A stretch of 64,000 nucleotides of DNA, taken from the NCBI GenBank assembly GCA_965204465.1, contig OZ241995.1:468144-532143 (forward strand), given 5' to 3'. Numbering within the stretch: the stretch's first letter is position 1; each line of letters starts with the position of its first letter. Source of the DNA: Leptospiria bacterium. GTDB taxonomy: Bacteria; Spirochaetota; Leptospiria; Turneriellales; CBDBES01. Below, piece after piece: positions 48,648 through 58,748 of this stretch. Under the pieces are notes generated by a model. It was not told the DNA's origin and searched no databases. It saw only the letters and a program-made list of their open reading frames with translations. The position numbers were made by a program, and so were the translations under genes.

Positions 48648-49078
48648 AGAATTTTAGACTTTCTATTATGCGCTCTATGCTTGTTTCATCTGGTATAGTT
48701 CTACCTGCCTGGGTTCCCTTGGTGATCATCTCTATGCCAGATCAGCGGATCAGCGGGGAGCAGACAGCAAGAAAGAAAGTGTAACATATTCATTGCCCTT
48801 ATAATTGGAGTGGTATTCCATTTTTTTACTATACCACATACTTTTTATAGAGTATGAGTATTTTTAATGAATTCTTATAAATATGACCATTATGCAAAGT
48901 AAAATTTATTTTTCACCACATATGATCATGAAACCATTAAAACACCTTACATCAAGGATAGCAGAAATCAATCCAAAAGGAAGATACCTAAATTTCAGGA
49001 ATATTGAATATCAAATAAATTTTTATGGCTTGACCTGCTTCATTTAAATAATGTTATCGTAGCATTAAAACAGATAGT

Positions 49079-49453
49079 ATGAAAACGACAACTGAGCACG
49101 ATAAGAAGATAGCAGAAATGATATTCGCTTCGGTTTATCCGCACTACCTTGCAAAAATTGAAAAGAAGGGGAGAACGAAAGAAGAATTGCATCAAGTAAT
49201 AGAATGGCTAACTAGTTTTGATGAAAATAAACTGCAAGAACTCATTGATGAAAAAGTGACATTTGATTCATTCTTTCAAAAAGCCACATTAAATTCAAAT
49301 GCTAACCTAATTACAGGGGTAATATGTGGCTATCGCGTTGAGGAAATTCAAAACCCTTTAACACAAAAAGTAAGGTATTTAGATAAGTTAGTGGATGAAT
49401 TGGCGAAAGGCCAGAAGATGGAAAAGATATTGCGGCATTCTCTCAAGCCATAG
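49079..49453 (+). CDS. DUF2200-family protein, copy 1
   Basis: FASVYPHYLAKIEKKGRTKEEL..VIEWLT....L........F..FF..A.LN.N..LI.GV.CG.RVEEI..PL..K.RYLDKLVDELAKG..MEKILR matches my recollection of DUF2200. Confidence 0.65.
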   Translation: MKTTTEHDKKIAEMIFASVYPHYLAKIEKKGRTKEELHQVIEWLTSFDENKLQELIDEKVTFDSFFQKATLNSNANLITGVICGYRVEEIQNPLTQKVRYLDKLVDELAKGQKMEKILRHSLKP

Positions 49454-49569
49454 CAGAGGCTATAAATAATATGAAAATTTCAATGGCATGATGTTTTTTA
49501 AGAGTCTTCAGATTTAATTTCATCAATTTTTTTTGCAGTTTCAAAAGTAAATTTTTTGAGTATATCAGG

Positions 49570-50199
49570 ACAGCAGGTGCACTCCTCAAATATGAGCAAA
49601 GGTGTTTTTTGTTGGGAAATCTCTTTATATAACAAATATCTGCCATGATGGCTAAAGCAGAGAGAACACTGATCCCTTTCGCACTGGTAAGAATTTCTAC
49701 TTCTTTATAGAATTGAAAGCCGATAAGTTTGATCTCTTCTTCTACCTCTTTCTTCCTGGCTTCAAGGCTTTCAAGCTCATCAATAAACAATTTAAACTGA
49801 AATCTTAAAGAATCACTTAAGTCTAAGGCCAAAATCTCTGAAAGCATCTTTCTAGTCAGCTCTGATCCTGGAAAAACATACATATATTCTTTTAACAAAG
49901 AATGTATTCTGTTTTTTATTGATATAATTGTAGTTGTTAAAAAATTATAGGATTTGAATAATCCTCTAAGAGCCTGCATATCATCATTGGGTATGTACAC
50001 CGCTGATCATCTGCATTTTTAAAACAGTGGCTATTTTTTCTGCATCAATCTTATCTGTTTTCTTATTTGTGTTAGAAATCAATTTTAGCTTGTGAGTATC
50101 TGCCACGATCACTTCTGCAACAAAAGGCTTTATACATTTTGCAAATTGAAATACATTGGTACAAGCCTCAAGCATAACAGTTGTGTTCTTATCAAGCAA
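49570..50199 (-). pseudogene. IS110-family remnant, duplicated copy truncated at the duplication junction
   Basis: Identical to 44438-45067. At 49570 it is joined to sequence from the far end of the unit, creating chimeric ORF 49443-50000. Confidence 0.75.
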
Positions 50200-50259
50200 T
50201 GAATAGTATTACCTTTGCCGAATCGAATAAAATTCTATAAAACCATCATGTAATCGAGT

Positions 50260-50460
50260 CATATCCTGTGACCTGTAAAACATCCGTGTTTTGTAATTTT
50301 TTGTTTGTGAAACTTAGTATATCCTCATCAAAACCGCTTCCGTTGGTTTTGATTCGGGCATATGTGCAGACGACTTGATAGGAGGTCAGGTGTCTGGGGT
50401 GGTTTCTTTTTTCTTCATTTTTATTCTATGTGTACAAAGTACAGCTTGGCGGCATTCACT
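50260..50460 (+). repeat. mosaic REP-like element, duplicated copy
   Basis: Identical to 45128-45328. Confidence 0.7.
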
Positions 50461-50548
50461 CTTCGCAGTATAAAGGTTTCTATAATATTTTTCAAATTAA
50501 AAATTGACATATTGACTACGATACTGTATGCTGTTATAAGTAAAGCCC

Positions 50549-53500
50549 ATGAGAATATTAAAAAGTTTAATCTTTATTTTGATGATCATAAATTCCTTCT
50601 TGAATATTTATTGTGGTAACGAGAAAACGTCCACCCCCATGGAAGATATTACCAATGTACCATCCATATACATGGAAGATATTACCAATCTATTAGCCAT
50701 TCCGGGAGACAGGCAAGTTACATTAACTTGGGTCAATCCCATAGATGGTGATTTTTCTAAGGTTGAAGTTAGCTGGAGTTCTTCAGAGAGTGGAGTTGTT
50801 TCTCTAATCGAATTTGAAGGGCTTCCAGGAGAAGCCATGAGAGAGACTATAACCGGATTGACCCATTACGTAACCTATACTTTCACTTTTAAAACCATTG
50901 ATGATAATGGAAATAAGCAAAATGAAGGCAGAGTCATTTCTATTATACTTAAGGATGTTTTCCCTCCTGGAGATATAACTGAGCTTTCTGTTATTCCTGC
51001 AGAAAGAGAAGTCTTTTTGAACTGGAAAAATCCTTCGAATAGTGATTTTTCTAAGGTTGAAGTTAGCTGGAGTTCTTCAGAGAGTGGAGTTGTTTCTCTA
51101 ATCGAATTTGAAGGGCTTCCAGGAGAATCGATGAGCGAAACCATCACCGGATTAGTCGATGGCGTCTATGTTTTCACTTTTAAAACCATTGATGGCACTG
51201 GCAATAAACAGAGTGAAGGCATAAGCATTTCTATTATGCTTCATGATATCTTCCCTCCGGAAGATATAACTGAACTTTCCACTACTTCTGCGGAAGGAGA
51301 GGTCTCTCTGAGCTGGGTAAATCCTTCTAATACTGATTTTGCGAAAGTAGAAGTAAGCTGGAGTGCTCCGGAAGATACAGGTTCCGTAATAGAGTTTGAA
51401 GGGCTCCCGGGAGCATCTATGAGCGAAACCATCACCGGGCTGCTCGATGACATAACCTATAATTTTACTTTTAAAACCATTGATAGTAACGAAAATAAGC
51501 AGGTTGAAGGCAAGGTCATTCCCATTATGCTTAATGATACTTTTCCTCCGGGAGATATAACTGAACTTTTCGCTACTCCTGCAGAAAGAGAGATATCTCT
51601 GAGCTGGAAAAATCCTTCTAATATAGATTTTTCAAAAGTAGAAATAAGCTATAGCGCTCCAGGGCATTCAGATTCCGTAATGGAATTTGAAGGAAGTCCG
51701 GGAGCATTGATGAGCGCAACTATAACTGAATTAGCTAATGACGTAACCTATACTTTCACTTTTAAAACCATTGATTTCCTGGGTAATAAACAGGTTACCG
51801 GCCAGATCATTTCTGTGTCTACCATAGACGATGTCACTCCTCCGCAAGATGTAACGAATGTAAAAGCCATTTCAAGCGATACAGAGATCAAGTTATGGTG
51901 GCAAAATCCGGCAGATTCTGACTTTTCAAAAGTCAAAGTAAGCTGGACTCCTGGAGATGCAGGTTCTGTGAGGGAATTCTCAGGGGCTCCGGGAGAAGAT
52001 ATGAGAGAGAGCATTACCGGTTTAACCAATGGTACGATGTATACCTTCACGATCAAATCTATTGACATTGAATCAAATGAACAGAGTACAGGCAAGATGG
52101 TATCAGAGCTGCCCATCCCTCATTGGGGAGGTAAAAATCACATTGAATATGGGGTTAGATGGCATCCCTTACGCAACTATCCAGACCTAACAGGTTCTTT
52201 AAGTATCCGTGATTTAGATAGAGAAGTATTTAATGGAATCAGTTATGTTCATTTTTGGAGTAATTGGGGGCGCGTAGAACCGTCTTTTTACAAAACTATC
52301 GAGAAAGGGTTTACTTCCCCTGATCTCAGACAATTAATAAACTGGGTTGATGCCGCGCATGCGAAGGGCTTGAAAATACACTTAGAGTTCAAAAATTATC
52401 CCAATTGGGTAGGTAAAAATGCTCCTCTTGACGGCAGCAGTCAAGGTGAGAGAAATTGCTGTGATTTTTATTTTACTGAAGAAGACCGTACTAATCTTAA
52501 CCATTTTGAAACTTATGTCACAAATATGGCAAAACTTTTCGTCGGCAAGGTGCAGAGTTACTCTATTTTTTCTGAAGCAAATATAAACTTTAATTGGAAG
52601 GGGGAATTCCATGAACTCATGGAGGCTATGACAGTCGGCGCCAGAGCCGTAAGAAGGGTATATGATGCTCATGAGTTATCCGTTTCAATCAGTACGCCTG
52701 AAGCCTCTCCTTGCTGGTCGGGATGTAACACTATAAATGGTCTAATAGGCAACAATCCCTATGAGAGGGTTTTGAATATGTATGATCAATTTATTGGTAA
52801 TGAAGAATTAATGTCTTTATTTGATGCGGTTGGTATTTCTATGAATGATAATAGAGCTTATGGAAATATGCGTATTTTAGAAGATAAACTTCTAGGTAAC
52901 GGTCAACCTGGAACCGCCCCTGGTTGGGAATTAATTGGTGTGATCAGAAATAAATTGGATCAAGCAGGCTACCAAGGCAAAGATATTCAAGTGATAGAAA
53001 GTTGGGTTAGTTGGGATGACGGTATTTCGAGAGATATAAATGGCGATAATAAGGTAAATGAAGAGGACGCAGTGTTCAGAACAATCCGCATTGTAGGAGC
53101 ATTTCTTAGTAGGGGGTTAAATAAAATAAATCTAGCGGCTGTGGATTTTTTTAATCCACCATGGTATATAGGCCTCGTAAAACAATTAGACTATCGTAGC
53201 ATCATAGAAAACCTGAAAGGGCCACCCTGGGTCTATTCTAATTCAGAGGGTGGTCCTAAGATCATAAATAGAAGTTTTCAATATAAATTCGATGAAAATA
53301 CTTCAATCGTATCACTGAGGGAAGGAAGAGATCTTAGAAACCTATATGCCGATCGTAATAACCCAAACCATCCGCATTATTATATCTGGAAATGGTATTC
53401 TCAAATTGCTTCTGGTAAAGATGAGGTAGTTCGTCATGCCATGCAATATAGAAGTGGGAACAGGCTGAATGTATCTGGCTGGGCTTCTAATGGATGGCGA

Positions 53501-53815
53501 TTCAGGATTTCTTCTTATAATGTAACTCAAAACTCTTTTATTGTTTTGATATATTCACAGAACGAAAATGGTACTAATACTATAAATATGAACATTCCTT
53601 CTAAGGTTAAGGAATCTTCTCCATTTATAGGAAGGGGTTTCTCAAATGGAGATAATTACAGAGTAGAATGGGAAACCAAAAATATAACCACCAGCAGTGG
53701 TAGAGATACAAACGTGAACTCTGGTACATCACCGGTACAAACAGTCAGCAATGATAGATTATCTTTTACGCTACCGAATGCAAGGCGCTTTACTACCTTG
53801 ACCTTTAGGCGTTAA
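50549..53815 (+). CDS. large surface lipoprotein (Fn3-like x5 plus C-terminal domain), copy 2
   Basis: 1088 aa. Differs from copy 1 by a 33-nt insertion, a replaced patch in repeat 1, and about 12 scattered substitutions. Confidence 0.75.
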   Translation: MRILKSLIFILMIINSFLNIYCGNEKTSTPMEDITNVPSIYMEDITNLLAIPGDRQVTLTWVNPIDGDFSKVEVSWSSSESGVVSLIEFEGLPGEAMRETITGLTHYVTYTFTFKTIDDNGNKQNEGRVISIILKDVFPPGDITELSVIPAEREVFLNWKNPSNSDFSKVEVSWSSSESGVVSLIEFEGLPGESMSETITGLVDGVYVFTFKTIDGTGNKQSEGISISIMLHDIFPPEDITELSTTSAEGEVSLSWVNPSNTDFAKVEVSWSAPEDTGSVIEFEGLPGASMSETITGLLDDITYNFTFKTIDSNENKQVEGKVIPIMLNDTFPPGDITELFATPAEREISLSWKNPSNIDFSKVEISYSAPGHSDSVMEFEGSPGALMSATITELANDVTYTFTFKTIDFLGNKQVTGQIISVSTIDDVTPPQDVTNVKAISSDTEIKLWWQNPADSDFSKVKVSWTPGDAGSVREFSGAPGEDMRESITGLTNGTMYTFTIKSIDIESNEQSTGKMVSELPIPHWGGKNHIEYGVRWHPLRNYPDLTGSLSIRDLDREVFNGISYVHFWSNWGRVEPSFYKTIEKGFTSPDLRQLINWVDAAHAKGLKIHLEFKNYPNWVGKNAPLDGSSQGERNCCDFYFTEEDRTNLNHFETYVTNMAKLFVGKVQSYSIFSEANINFNWKGEFHELMEAMTVGARAVRRVYDAHELSVSISTPEASPCWSGCNTINGLIGNNPYERVLNMYDQFIGNEELMSLFDAVGISMNDNRAYGNMRILEDKLLGNGQPGTAPGWELIGVIRNKLDQAGYQGKDIQVIESWVSWDDGISRDINGDNKVNEEDAVFRTIRIVGAFLSRGLNKINLAAVDFFNPPWYIGLVKQLDYRSIIENLKGPPWVYSNSEGGPKIINRSFQYKFDENTSIVSLREGRDLRNLYADRNNPNHPHYYIWKWYSQIASGKDEVVRHAMQYRSGNRLNVSGWASNGWRFRISSYNVTQNSFIVLIYSQNENGTNTINMNIPSKVKESSPFIGRGFSNGDNYRVEWETKNITTSSGRDTNVNSGTSPVQTVSNDRLSFTLPNARRFTTLTFRR

Positions 53816-54246
53816 AGAATTTTAGACTTTCTATTATGCGCTCTATGCTTGTTTCATCTGGTATAGTTCTACCTGCCTGGGTTCCCTTGGTGATCATCTC
53901 TATGCCAGATCAGCGGATCAGCGGGGAGCAGACAGCAAGAAAGAAAGTGTAACATATTCATTGCCCTTATAATTGGAGTGGTATTCCATTTTTTTACTAT
54001 ACCACATACTTTTTATAGAGTATGAGTATTTTTAATGAATTCTTATAAATATGACCATTATGCAAAGTAAAATTTATTTTTCACCACATATGATCATGAA
54101 ACCATTAAAACACCTTACATCAAGGATAGCAGAAATCAATCCAAAAGGAAGATACCTAAATTTCAGGAATATTGAATATCAAATAAATTTTTATGGCTTG
54201 ACCTGCTTCATTTAAATAATGTTATCGTAGCATTAAAACAGATAGT

Positions 54247-54621
54247 ATGAAAACGACAACTGAGCACGATAAGAAGATAGCAGAAATGATATTCGCTTCG
54301 GTTTATCCGCACTACCTTGCAAAAATTGAAAAGAAGGGGAGAACGAAAGAAGAATTGCATCAAGTAATAGAATGGCTAACTAGTTTTGATGAAAATAAAC
54401 TGCAAGAACTCATTGATGAAAAAGTGACATTTGATTCATTCTTTCAAAAAGCCACATTAAATTCAAATGCTAACCTAATTACAGGGGTAATATGTGGCTA
54501 TCGCGTTGAGGAAATTCAAAACCCTTTAACACAAAAAGTAAGGTATTTAGATAAGTTAGTGGATGAATTGGCGAAAGGCCAGAAGATGGAAAAGATATTG
54601 CGGCATTCTCTCAAGCCATAG
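54247..54621 (+). CDS. DUF2200-family protein, copy 2
   Basis: Identical translation to 49079-49453. Confidence 0.65.
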   Translation: MKTTTEHDKKIAEMIFASVYPHYLAKIEKKGRTKEELHQVIEWLTSFDENKLQELIDEKVTFDSFFQKATLNSNANLITGVICGYRVEEIQNPLTQKVRYLDKLVDELAKGQKMEKILRHSLKP

Positions 54622-54665
54622 CAGAGGCTATAAATAATATGAAAATTTCAATGGCATGATGTTTT

Positions 54666-55015
54666 TTAAGAGTCTTCAGATTTAATTTCATCAATTTTTT
54701 TTGCAGTTTCAAAAGTAAATTTTTTGAGTATATCAGGAAGGATATATTTTTCCTCAATTTGATGCAGTTTTTTTTCTAAAAAACTTTTCCATGTACCTAA
54801 CTGTGTTGATAATCTATCTGCTTTCCTGGTCTTACTGAGGTTCCTCAATTTATTAATTTCTTTGATCTTAGAATTATAGCGATTGAATATCTGCCTCTCA
54901 AAGTTAATATCAATGGATTAAACTCAATAGGATTCATTCTTTTTTGATCTTTATCAATAGGGAAAAAATCTCTTCGAAATCTTATAAAACCGCCTTCCAT
55001 TAATCTTGTGAGCAT
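54666..55015 (-). pseudogene. small hypothetical gene split by a 1-nt frameshift
   Basis: ORF 54845-55102 ends ...RSKKLIN* and ORF 54666-54848 (TTG start) overlaps it out of frame by one base at 54845-54848. The upstream part of the first ORF runs into a repeat element. Confidence 0.3.
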
Positions 55016-55242
55016 AAGGTGCACTCCATCACTTATTCCGTTGGGTATTGCTGGTATCCGTAGGATGAAGAAGAGGGAGAAAAAGGAGAAAGAAACAAAC
55101 ACCTGTGCCCGTAGGGTGAAATGGGTAGTAAATGGATGTTTTTCACAAGTGTCTGGGCGGAATTACATCCATAAAGAAAGACGGATTATGATATAAGAAA
55201 GAGTGATCAAGAATAATAAATATAGAATAGCGTCCGATTTTC

Positions 55243-56187
55243 TCATTTTAGATCAAATTTGCCGACCATGATGACCTCTCTCTCTAAGGATACTCCTAAT
55301 TTGTCCTGCACTGTCTTCTCGGCGAGACTGATCAATTGATGAATATCCTCTGCCTTTGCGGATCCCAGGTTCACAATAAAATTGCAATGACTGGGAGATA
55401 TTATGGCATCCCCTATTTGTTTATTCGCCAGACCTGCCTTATGGATCAACTCCCATGCTTTCAACTTACTTACTTTTTTATCCGGATTTTTGAAAATAGA
55501 ACCAGCCGATTTTCTGTTCCTGGGCTGACTATTTAGCCTATGCTGTCTATAAGTTTCTATATTATTCATGATCTCCTTTAGGTTTCCTTTCTTTAAATAG
55601 AAATCTGCTGAGAATATCCAATTACTTTTTTCTTTTTTGAATAAGCTGTTTCTATAACTAAAATCCGATTCCTTTGCATCATATTCTATTATTTTGGCAT
55701 CTTTAATTGCATGAACTTTTTGTATAAAGTCAGAAACTTCGGATCCATAGCATCCTGCATTTTGAACCACCACCCCCCCTAATTGACCAGGTATAGTGGT
55801 TAAAAATTCGATTCCTTTATACCCCATCTGACTGATCTTCTTGGCAAACCAGGGAACTCTTGCATTGGCGGGAACCCTGAAACTTATGCTATCTTTCTTT
55901 TGTTCCAGTATCTTAATTTTCTCTTCTAAGCTTAAATATATCACAATCCCTTCATAAGAATGATCCGATATAAGTATGTTAGAACCACCCCCTAAAAGAA
56001 AATAAGGGACTTTAAATTGATTTACGATTTTCTGTAAATGGATCAATTGCCTTACTTTATTAGGCTTTGCAAAAATTTTGGCATCCCCGCCGATCCTATA
56101 ACTATTATATTTGGCCAGAGAATGATCTTTTTCAAGAGGAATCCCTGCCTCTTGTATTTCCAAAAGAACCTTAGAGAGATCTTTCAT
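55243..56187 (-). CDS. murB: UDP-N-acetylenolpyruvoylglucosamine reductase
   Basis: YNSYRIGGDAKIF...PYFLLGGGSNILISD...GIEFLTTIPGQLGGVVVQNAGCYG...RNSLFK...SAGSIFKNP. Confidence 0.9.
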   Translation of the reverse strand: MKDLSKVLLEIQEAGIPLEKDHSLAKYNSYRIGGDAKIFAKPNKVRQLIHLQKIVNQFKVPYFLLGGGSNILISDHSYEGIVIYLSLEEKIKILEQKKDSISFRVPANARVPWFAKKISQMGYKGIEFLTTIPGQLGGVVVQNAGCYGSEVSDFIQKVHAIKDAKIIEYDAKESDFSYRNSLFKKEKSNWIFSADFYLKKGNLKEIMNNIETYRQHRLNSQPRNRKSAGSIFKNPDKKVSKLKAWELIHKAGLANKQIGDAIISPSHCNFIVNLGSAKAEDIHQLISLAEKTVQDKLGVSLEREVIMVGKFDLK

Positions 56188-56568
56188 GGGCTTAGTCTAC
56201 AAATACTCTCATTATATGCTGCTGCATTATTTCTGTATCGTTTGCGCATAATAATGACCTACTCCATTTACTTTTCAAAGAATGATCCTTTAGGAACCAA
56301 TACGATTTAACTTCCTCTTATCCAAAAAGACATAATGTACAAACTGTATGCAAGTGAAAAGGATTTTTTTTACATCTCATTATTTCTCTAAATATCTCTG
56401 CCTGCGTAAAAAAAATGCTATTCTCAACACAAACAATATCTTGGGAAAAATTTCTTAAAAAAACGAGTAGACAGCATGACTCTTGTAGCCATAGTGATGA
56501 AGACACCATGATATATGCTATTTGTTTTCATATAATTGAAAGTAAGCAAATGTAATAATTGACCCCTA

Positions 56569-58239
56569 GTGAACATATCTCCACTACAGAAGTTACGTAA
56601 CAGCTATGTACCCGTTCTACCTGCTGTTCTACAAAATTCGATAGACTCAATTTCGATTGGGCTTAAAGAGGATAGAGAATCCATTAAAGAACATGCTAAC
56701 CTGAAAGAACTATTTCCAAAGCTCTGCGGCAAGCCTTTGGTAAATATAGGGCCAGGTAGTAATGTATCGGCCAGGCGCAATCGACGGGTTGGAGTGGTGC
56801 TTTCTGGTGGCCAGGCGCCAGGTGGCCACAATGTTATTGCTGGTATTTTAGATAGCATGAAAGAAGCCAATTCTGAATCAGAGCTTTTGGGGTTCTTGCA
56901 AGGGCCTGCCGGAATTCTGGAAAACAAGGCAATGGAACTCACACCACGTTTTCTGGATTCCTATCGCAACACTGGTGGTTTCGACATGATCGGATCCGGA
57001 CGAACCAAAATCGATGGCGAGGAGAATCTAAGGCGCTCTCTGGAAGTTGTTCAGCAACGCAAATTGGATGCTTTGGTGGTCATTGGTGGTGATGACTCTA
57101 ATACGAACGCAGCGCTGATGGCAGAATATTTTCTGAATAAGGAGCAGAATACAATGGTGATCGGGGTACCCAAGACCATTGATGGTGATTTAAAGAATGA
57201 ATGTATCGAGGTTTCTTTTGGCTTCGACACCGCAACGAAAACCTATAGTGAACTTATTGGAAATATTTGCCGTGATGCAGACTCTGCACGTAAATATTGG
57301 CATTTTATAAAATTAATGGGGCGATCTGCTTCACATATTGCCTTAGAATGCGCACTCCAAACCTGTCCTAATATCTGTCTTATTTCTGAAGAGGTGGCCT
57401 ATAAAAAAACCACTCTTAACCAGATCGTAGAGAAGATCGTAGAAGTGGTATGTGCGCGCAGTAAAAATGGAGAAGATTTTGGCGTGGTATTAGTTCCGGA
57501 AGGGGTGATCGAGTTTATTCCTGAGATAGGAAGTCTGATCAGCGAACTAAACAGCCTTCTAGCGCAGAAAGAATCATCTTTTGCCACATTAAAGACGTTC
57601 GAACAGCAGAATGAGTTCATAAATGAGCATCTATCCCCTAACTCTTCTTATGCTTTTTCATGTTTGCCTAATTCTATTCAAAGAAAGTTACTTATGGAAC
57701 GTGATCCGCACGGTAATGTACAGGTATCGCGCATCGAAACAGAACAGTTGCTCATTGAAATGGTTTCTCGTCATATGAACCAACTCAAAGCGACTGGACA
57801 GTTCAACAGAGAATTTAATGCGTTGCCCCATTTTATGGGATATGAAGGCCGCTGTTCATTTCCCTCTAACTTCGATGCCAATTACTGCTATGCGCTTGGC
57901 CGCACTGCATTTATCCTGGCGGCTAACGATCTGACTGGCTACATCACTACGATCACAAACCTGTCTTCCCCGGCCAATCAATGGGTTCCTGGAGGTGTTC
58001 CTCTAACAATGCTTATGAACATGGAACAGAGACATGGTAAACAGAAACCTGTCATTCGCAAGACACTCGTGGATCTGAATGGCAAACCCTTTAAATACTT
58101 TTCAGACCATCGGGATGAGTGGGCTATAAAGACTTCCTATCGATTCCCAGGTGCTATTCAGTATTATGGCCCGGATGAGATATGCAATCAAGCGACTCTA
58201 ACCCTGCAGATGGAACAAAATGTTCCCCCATTCAAATAG
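56569..58239 (+). CDS. pfp: pyrophosphate-dependent phosphofructokinase (long PFP type)
   Basis: [67 protein letters not shown] start. Confidence 0.9.
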   Translation: MNISPLQKLRNSYVPVLPAVLQNSIDSISIGLKEDRESIKEHANLKELFPKLCGKPLVNIGPGSNVSARRNRRVGVVLSGGQAPGGHNVIAGILDSMKEANSESELLGFLQGPAGILENKAMELTPRFLDSYRNTGGFDMIGSGRTKIDGEENLRRSLEVVQQRKLDALVVIGGDDSNTNAALMAEYFLNKEQNTMVIGVPKTIDGDLKNECIEVSFGFDTATKTYSELIGNICRDADSARKYWHFIKLMGRSASHIALECALQTCPNICLISEEVAYKKTTLNQIVEKIVEVVCARSKNGEDFGVVLVPEGVIEFIPEIGSLISELNSLLAQKESSFATLKTFEQQNEFINEHLSPNSSYAFSCLPNSIQRKLLMERDPHGNVQVSRIETEQLLIEMVSRHMNQLKATGQFNREFNALPHFMGYEGRCSFPSNFDANYCYALGRTAFILAANDLTGYITTITNLSSPANQWVPGGVPLTMLMNMEQRHGKQKPVIRKTLVDLNGKPFKYFSDHRDEWAIKTSYRFPGAIQYYGPDEICNQATLTLQMEQNVPPFK

Positions 58240-58363
58240 TATGGGGTTTAAAGAATGATACCAGAAGGGATCATAGAATAATAGAATAAAAGAGATAAGC
58301 CCAAACCATAATAAATTCTTATCAAGAAAGAAATTTTTTAAAATTCCCGTTAAATATGATATC

Positions 58364-58744
58364 CTAAAGCACCAGAAAAGGTTTTATCGCCTCATGGTAT
58401 AATTTAGCATTATAGTAAAGGTATTTTTCTCCCCATTCATATTCATGTTCTAAAGAAAATTCTTGCCCCTTGGAAGTAGTATCTGAGCTTTTGCGTATGC
58501 GGATACCTTCATTGCCTCCATAGATCAACCATGCCTCTCCATCCCCTGAATCTTCTACCAATATAGCATACGCGTTGGATTGCCTACCGTCCTCCCAACC
58601 AACAATTTCTACTAGAAAAGCTTCTTCTTCTTCCGGATAGTACAATGTTTTCTTAATGAGATATGGTTTATTAAGGCTCATAAAAGTACGGCATTCATAT
58701 TCATCTACATTTTTATTTGGCTCTATATCTAATTCAATCAGCAT
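58364..58744 (-). CDS. hypothetical protein (126 aa)
   Basis: Lies 4 nt downstream of prpC on the same strand. No recognised motif. Confidence 0.5.
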   Translation of the reverse strand: MLIELDIEPNKNVDEYECRTFMSLNKPYLIKKTLYYPEEEEAFLVEIVGWEDGRQSNAYAILVEDSGDGEAWLIYGGNEGIRIRKSSDTTSKGQEFSLEHEYEWGEKYLYYNAKLYHEAIKPFLVL

Positions 58745-58748
58745 ACTT

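Larger units (their letters stand above)
44438..49569. repeat. tandem duplication, unit 1 (5132 bp)
   Basis: Collinear with 49570-54738 (offset 5132, then 5168 after indels). The left boundary lies inside the IS110 remnant. Confidence 0.9.
49570..54738. repeat. tandem duplication, unit 2 (about 5168 bp)
   Basis: See unit 1. The right boundary (TATATCAGGA|AGG at 54738) lies inside a small minus-strand gene. Confidence 0.9.
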
